Source: a virus (taxonomy: Duplodnaviria; Caudoviricetes). Taken from it: a stretch of 27,410 bases of DNA. The stretch is taken from the IMG/VR virus record IMGVR_UViG_3300037751_000052, positions 1-27,410 of that record; one strand, written 5' to 3'. A program made the position numbers and the translations under genes. This document shows positions 25,401 through 27,410 of this stretch, piece after piece (the first letter of the stretch is position 1; each line of letters starts with the position of its first letter). The notes beneath the pieces were generated by a model. That model did not search any database. It was not told where the DNA came from and worked only from the letters and a program-made list of their open reading frames with translations.

Positions 25401-25846
25401 TCTCCATCCTCAGACATGATTATCTTTTTTCCCCTCAAGTTCTGTGCAAGGAAGCCGATAACGTCGTCACCCTCCACACCTCCTTGGGTCACAATTTGAC
25501 ATCCTAGGTCGCGGAACGACTGTGTCAACTTTTCCTTGACCTTGTTGAATTCTTCATAGGCCTCGGGCGGGCGCGAGTCTCTGGTCGCTTTGTAGTCCTT
25601 GTACATGGCCACGCGCCTAGCCTTGCTGTGCAGCCCCTCGACAACAAAAATAACCTCGGCAGGGACCATGTTCAGGGCGTCTAGGGTTGTAACGACAGAG
25701 TTAATGGCGTTGTCCAGCCCATGCCCCCACCCATTGATGTGGACGTCCTTGCCCTCGTGGCTCACGACCCTGCCAGTCTCTTGGTCCTTACCGGCCAACA
25801 GGCAACGCCAGATGACGCTTGATGTATCAACGATTAGTCGTCTCAT
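22445..25846 (-). CDS. polA: Family A DNA polymerase with fused 5'-3' (flap) nuclease and 3'-5' exonuclease
   Basis: 5' nuclease: IVD, YKATR, EGDD, SEDGDL, GDSSDN..G.KGFGEK. Exo I LDIET, Exo II HNAAFE, Exo III YGADD. Pol motif A IDFTGQELR, motif B RKNAKNVNFGAQY, motif C VHDEL. Confidence 0.95.
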   Translation of the reverse strand: MRRLIVDTSSVIWRCLLAGKDQETGRVVSHEGKDVHINGWGHGLDNAINSVVTTLDALNMVPAEVIFVVEGLHSKARRVAMYKDYKATRDSRPPEAYEEFNKVKEKLTQSFRDLGCQIVTQGGVEGDDVIGFLAQNLRGKKIIMSEDGDLAVLLSDDVSLWRQGCLVDENPLGPFPPKFITVYKALVGDSSDNLKGAKGFGEKAFLDMLVNFGDAGIAALEGMMKRRTLHELEEDVASFKPFRKVIDGAEHVYQSYDCAKLYPEWCDTLRQPLQWKAGMVRGRDVVTDERLVKWAQKVRLITADNYDEALKFLAAHIKQSPVVALDIETSTPPESDEWLAIRGKEDKVDVLGSKLTGMGLTFGSNGQFTYYFSVDHADTPNLTSDQVLDAVKLIPQGVFTVVHNAAFELPILYGEWGKKWADNGWQGFLPNCLDTAILSSYTDENKSQGLKKLSLELLDYEQESYDQVTTVSVPVYEAVMLEDGSEDQALVGQSTKRLKMNELSGEHVLSYGADDTICTTALYHHFRVRMELENTWDVMLDVEQLPAYVKALAFTQGVKFSLEHMLEMEADDQATYQKNWGVIREYLIEQGWEGTTCPVIDEFAPANIKQAVSIILGQELVTQVRTVSKLAKLVEVMDHDDAPLLGQLIAEGNVASVNDWMARRFEGEPVFDVGSPKKMKGFLYETMGLPVRIVNSTTEKERSEKRELAAAVSRYKKIWAGSKTERPLSPAEQELLKAKAKTDDTAVDFALLLDVAYKPREKTVLEAFKAMKTCATRQTMFYNSYRHLRHWKDGKIHGQSGQCRTVTRRDAPNDPNLSQLPKKSEGVKFRRNFLPHKKGAVVVSIDFTGQELRQGAGQSGDPGMMACFVGDNLKDMHSMTAAGAMEKKWGKAKLAELIESFGKEGDAAYDLFLRLRKADDEAVAKLADDLRKNAKNVNFGAQYDAMAAKLAETLIIPVEDAQTFLDAKYAMFPRFEVWKDEVKDEAKRLGYVTTCMGARRHLREALLSDAWGVADKALRQGPNFKIQGSSGEQTKLAQARLWKSGILFNLDMVFYFSVHDELVWSVAAEDALESIKVVHHAMTRPYGNLPVPFLGSISMGLSFGDQHELGEEVDEAKIEAKLAEILSSQVVTI

Positions 25847-26484
25847 GCTAACTCCTTGAATCCAGACTTTGTCTTAGTAGACAGTGCTCTGACAGGGTCC
25901 CACCCGTGTTGCACGAGTCGGGCTTTCACTGTCCTATAACTGAGGTTGAGGTCCCTGCACCACTGGGTTACGTTCTTGGTAACCCCATCCATCTCAATGA
26001 GGCAGTTTCGTCGAGTGTTGTTGTTCTGGTCATCCGCAGTGCCCCAGTAGCAGTTACCTGGCTCGTACCCCTTGTCGTTGTCTCTCCTCTCAACGCTGTG
26101 ATAGGAGGATGGCCTTAAGCCCATGTCACTGATGAAGTAGGTGAAGCTGGACCGCCAGCTATCGCACACGCGTATCCCTCGACCACCATAGTCCGCGTAC
26201 CTAGCATTACGGATGTTGGTACACCTCTGGACCATGGCTGCCCACACTTCGTACTCAGGTGTGCCGCGCATGCCGTGGGTACGATTTCTATCTGCTGTAA
26301 TGTCAGACTGTAGGCACCCACAGGACCTTGTAACCCCAGAAACAAGGTGTACCCTCTGCACCCGTTTAACCGTCCCACAATCACAAACACAGTCGTAGTA
26401 CACTCGCCCTCTAGGACATCTGGACTGACCTGTAACCATAAGCCTGCCGAGTTTCCTCCCTATGATGTCCCCATGATGGGTCAT
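25843..26484 (-). CDS. Free-standing HNH-type (putative homing) endonuclease 2
   Basis: One C.CDCG...SCGC module, then HGM..TPEY.VW.AM..RC...YGGRGI.VC..W...DMG.RP...SVERRDNDKGYEPGNC.W. GAGGAG RBS; low GC; overlaps the polA start. Confidence 0.85.
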   Translation of the reverse strand: MTHHGDIIGRKLGRLMVTGQSRCPRGRVYYDCVCDCGTVKRVQRVHLVSGVTRSCGCLQSDITADRNRTHGMRGTPEYEVWAAMVQRCTNIRNARYADYGGRGIRVCDSWRSSFTYFISDMGLRPSSYHSVERRDNDKGYEPGNCYWGTADDQNNNTRRNCLIEMDGVTKNVTQWCRDLNLSYRTVKARLVQHGWDPVRALSTKTKSGFKELA

Positions 26485-26486
26485 CT

Positions 26487-26735
26487 CTATCTCCTCGCGT
26501 ACAGTTTTCTGCGCTGCTCAAGGGAGCACTGGCAGGCAAAACAACGGACCTTGCCCATGGCAAGCCGCCCCTGCTCGATACTCTCATCACAGTCCAGGCA
26601 CTCCGTCGTCGGCCACGACCCATCCTCGTTCTGAACCTGCTCAGGCGCTGCCTTGCGGCGCTGCTCCTGCACGGCCTCCTCGTTGGCCATGTCCGTGATG
26701 TGCGCGGCGCGATCCATCTCGTCAGAGAACTGCAT
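26487..26735 (-). CDS. TraR/DksA C4-type zinc-finger protein
   Basis: N-terminal SDEMDRA (DxxDxA) helix and CLDC...I..GR......RCFAC zinc finger. Start probably ATG 26735. Confidence 0.88.
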   Translation of the reverse strand: MQFSDEMDRAAHITDMANEEAVQEQRRKAAPEQVQNEDGSWPTTECLDCDESIEQGRLAMGKVRCFACQCSLEQRRKLYARR

Positions 26736-27279
26736 CGCGCTCACCAATGCGGGCCATGAGGGCATCCACAGCCTTGAAGAGGGCCGGAATGTCCTTGTCG
26801 TTGTTCAGCATCATGTCCCCCACCCGACTCATTACCCCCTTCGCGGAGGCGTGATCGCCCTCGACGTTTTCCAGGCCGGGGCGCGAGAGGTGGACGATGA
26901 CCCCGCCCGCTTCACGGATCAGGGCCGCTTCGTTCTCGAACCTCACGTCGGTCACCGTGACGTTGTCGGTGTGTGCCACTTCCTTATAGGTCAGGGCCCA
27001 GCGCCTGATCCAGAAGTCTGTCCCCATCACTTCACGAAACATCTCCGTGCCCATGCGCTGCAGCATCTGGCGCGGGGGCATGCCCCAGTAAGGGTTGATC
27101 TTGTCCTTCTTGTCCCGGTCCACGAAGTCCCAGTAGTCGACCCCGAAGGCTTCGGATGCGGCCTGCCGCAGTGGCGCGGCGAAGGAGGAGGGGGTGAATC
27201 CGTGCACAGCCATGAGCCGCTCTGCAACGGTGTCCTTGCCGGAACCGGCTGGGCCAGTGAGCCCCAAGAGAATAGGCAT
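26722..27279 (-). CDS. Deoxynucleoside monophosphate kinase
   Basis: GLTGPAGSGKDT P-loop, SFAAPLR, PRQMLQRMGTE..R, TDVRFENE and H.S motifs of the T4 gp1 / T5 dnk type. Confidence 0.9.
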   Translation of the reverse strand: MPILLGLTGPAGSGKDTVAERLMAVHGFTPSSFAAPLRQAASEAFGVDYWDFVDRDKKDKINPYWGMPPRQMLQRMGTEMFREVMGTDFWIRRWALTYKEVAHTDNVTVTDVRFENEAALIREAGGVIVHLSRPGLENVEGDHASAKGVMSRVGDMMLNNDKDIPALFKAVDALMARIGERDAVL

Positions 27280-27297
27280 TTGTTTTCCTGTGAGTTC

Positions 27298-27410
27298 TTA
27301 TTGTTGTGGGTAGAACGGTTGGCTGACCAACTTGTTCAGGATCGTTGATCTCTTCACAAGGCTGGGGCTGAGGGCTGTGACCTCGGACGGGCCGAAGACA
27401 CGACTGAATT
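27298..27410 (-). CDS. 3' end of an unidentified CDS running off the window
   Basis: Open frame ...FSRVFGPSEVTALSPSLVKRSTILNKLVSQPFYPQQ-TAA ending just before the kinase RBS. Confidence 0.5.
   Translation of the reverse strand, partial: FSRVFGPSEVTALSPSLVKRSTILNKLVSQPFYPQQ

Noticed and set aside
22445-25846. Intein or group I intron in the long polA
   Set aside because: The frame is continuous, with no intein-like C...HN-C/S/T block or LAGLIDADG motif. The length is explained by the fused 5' nuclease and small insertions.
13793-27279. Modified-base (e.g. 2-aminoadenine) pathway suggested by PolA + HD protein + kinase + deaminase
   Set aside because: No PurZ, queuosine-pathway, hydroxymethylase or glycosyltransferase gene is in the window, and the HD protein has SpoT-type rather than dATPase (DatZ/YfbR)-type motifs. 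It cannot be excluded for the rest of the genome.
1-27410. CRISPR array, IS element, lysis cassette or repressor
   Set aside because: No regularly spaced repeats, transposase, endolysin/spanin or CI-like gene was recognised in this window.

Overview
A 27.4-kb piece of a GC-rich, long-tailed temperate phage (siphovirus-like), apparently in its free, non-integrated form. The + strand (1-11623) carries the end of the tail operon: a tail assembly chaperone with a -1 programmed frameshift, a 1748-aa tape measure protein, a GTA-like tail-tip module (DUF2460 distal tail, DUF2163 hub, NlpC/P60 peptidase, megatron-like tip protein with an inserted beta-propeller), a small tail-fibre-like protein and a terminator. 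An intact attP follows (3' end of a tRNA, probably tRNA-Arg, with arm repeats and an IHF-like site), abutting the integrase stop codon. Everything from 11848 to the end is on the - strand: integrase and excisionase, dCMP deaminase, an SbcCD (Rad50/Mre11)-like pair, two free-standing HNH-type endonucleases, a SpoT/Mesh1-like HD hydrolase, ATP-dependent DNA ligase, N4/N6 DNA methyltransferase, a resolvase-like nuclease, a full three-domain PolA, a TraR/DksA-like protein, dNMP kinase and several small ORFs. The least expected signals are (i) sharply bounded AT-rich codon patches in conserved motifs of PolA and in genes next to the HNH endonucleases, suggesting recoded homing-endonuclease targets, (ii) a TraR-like factor together with a (p)ppGpp-hydrolase-like enzyme, and (iii) a lytic-style replication kit in a phage with intact integration machinery. 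All calls come from reading motifs by eye; no database search was run, and no new system is demonstrated.
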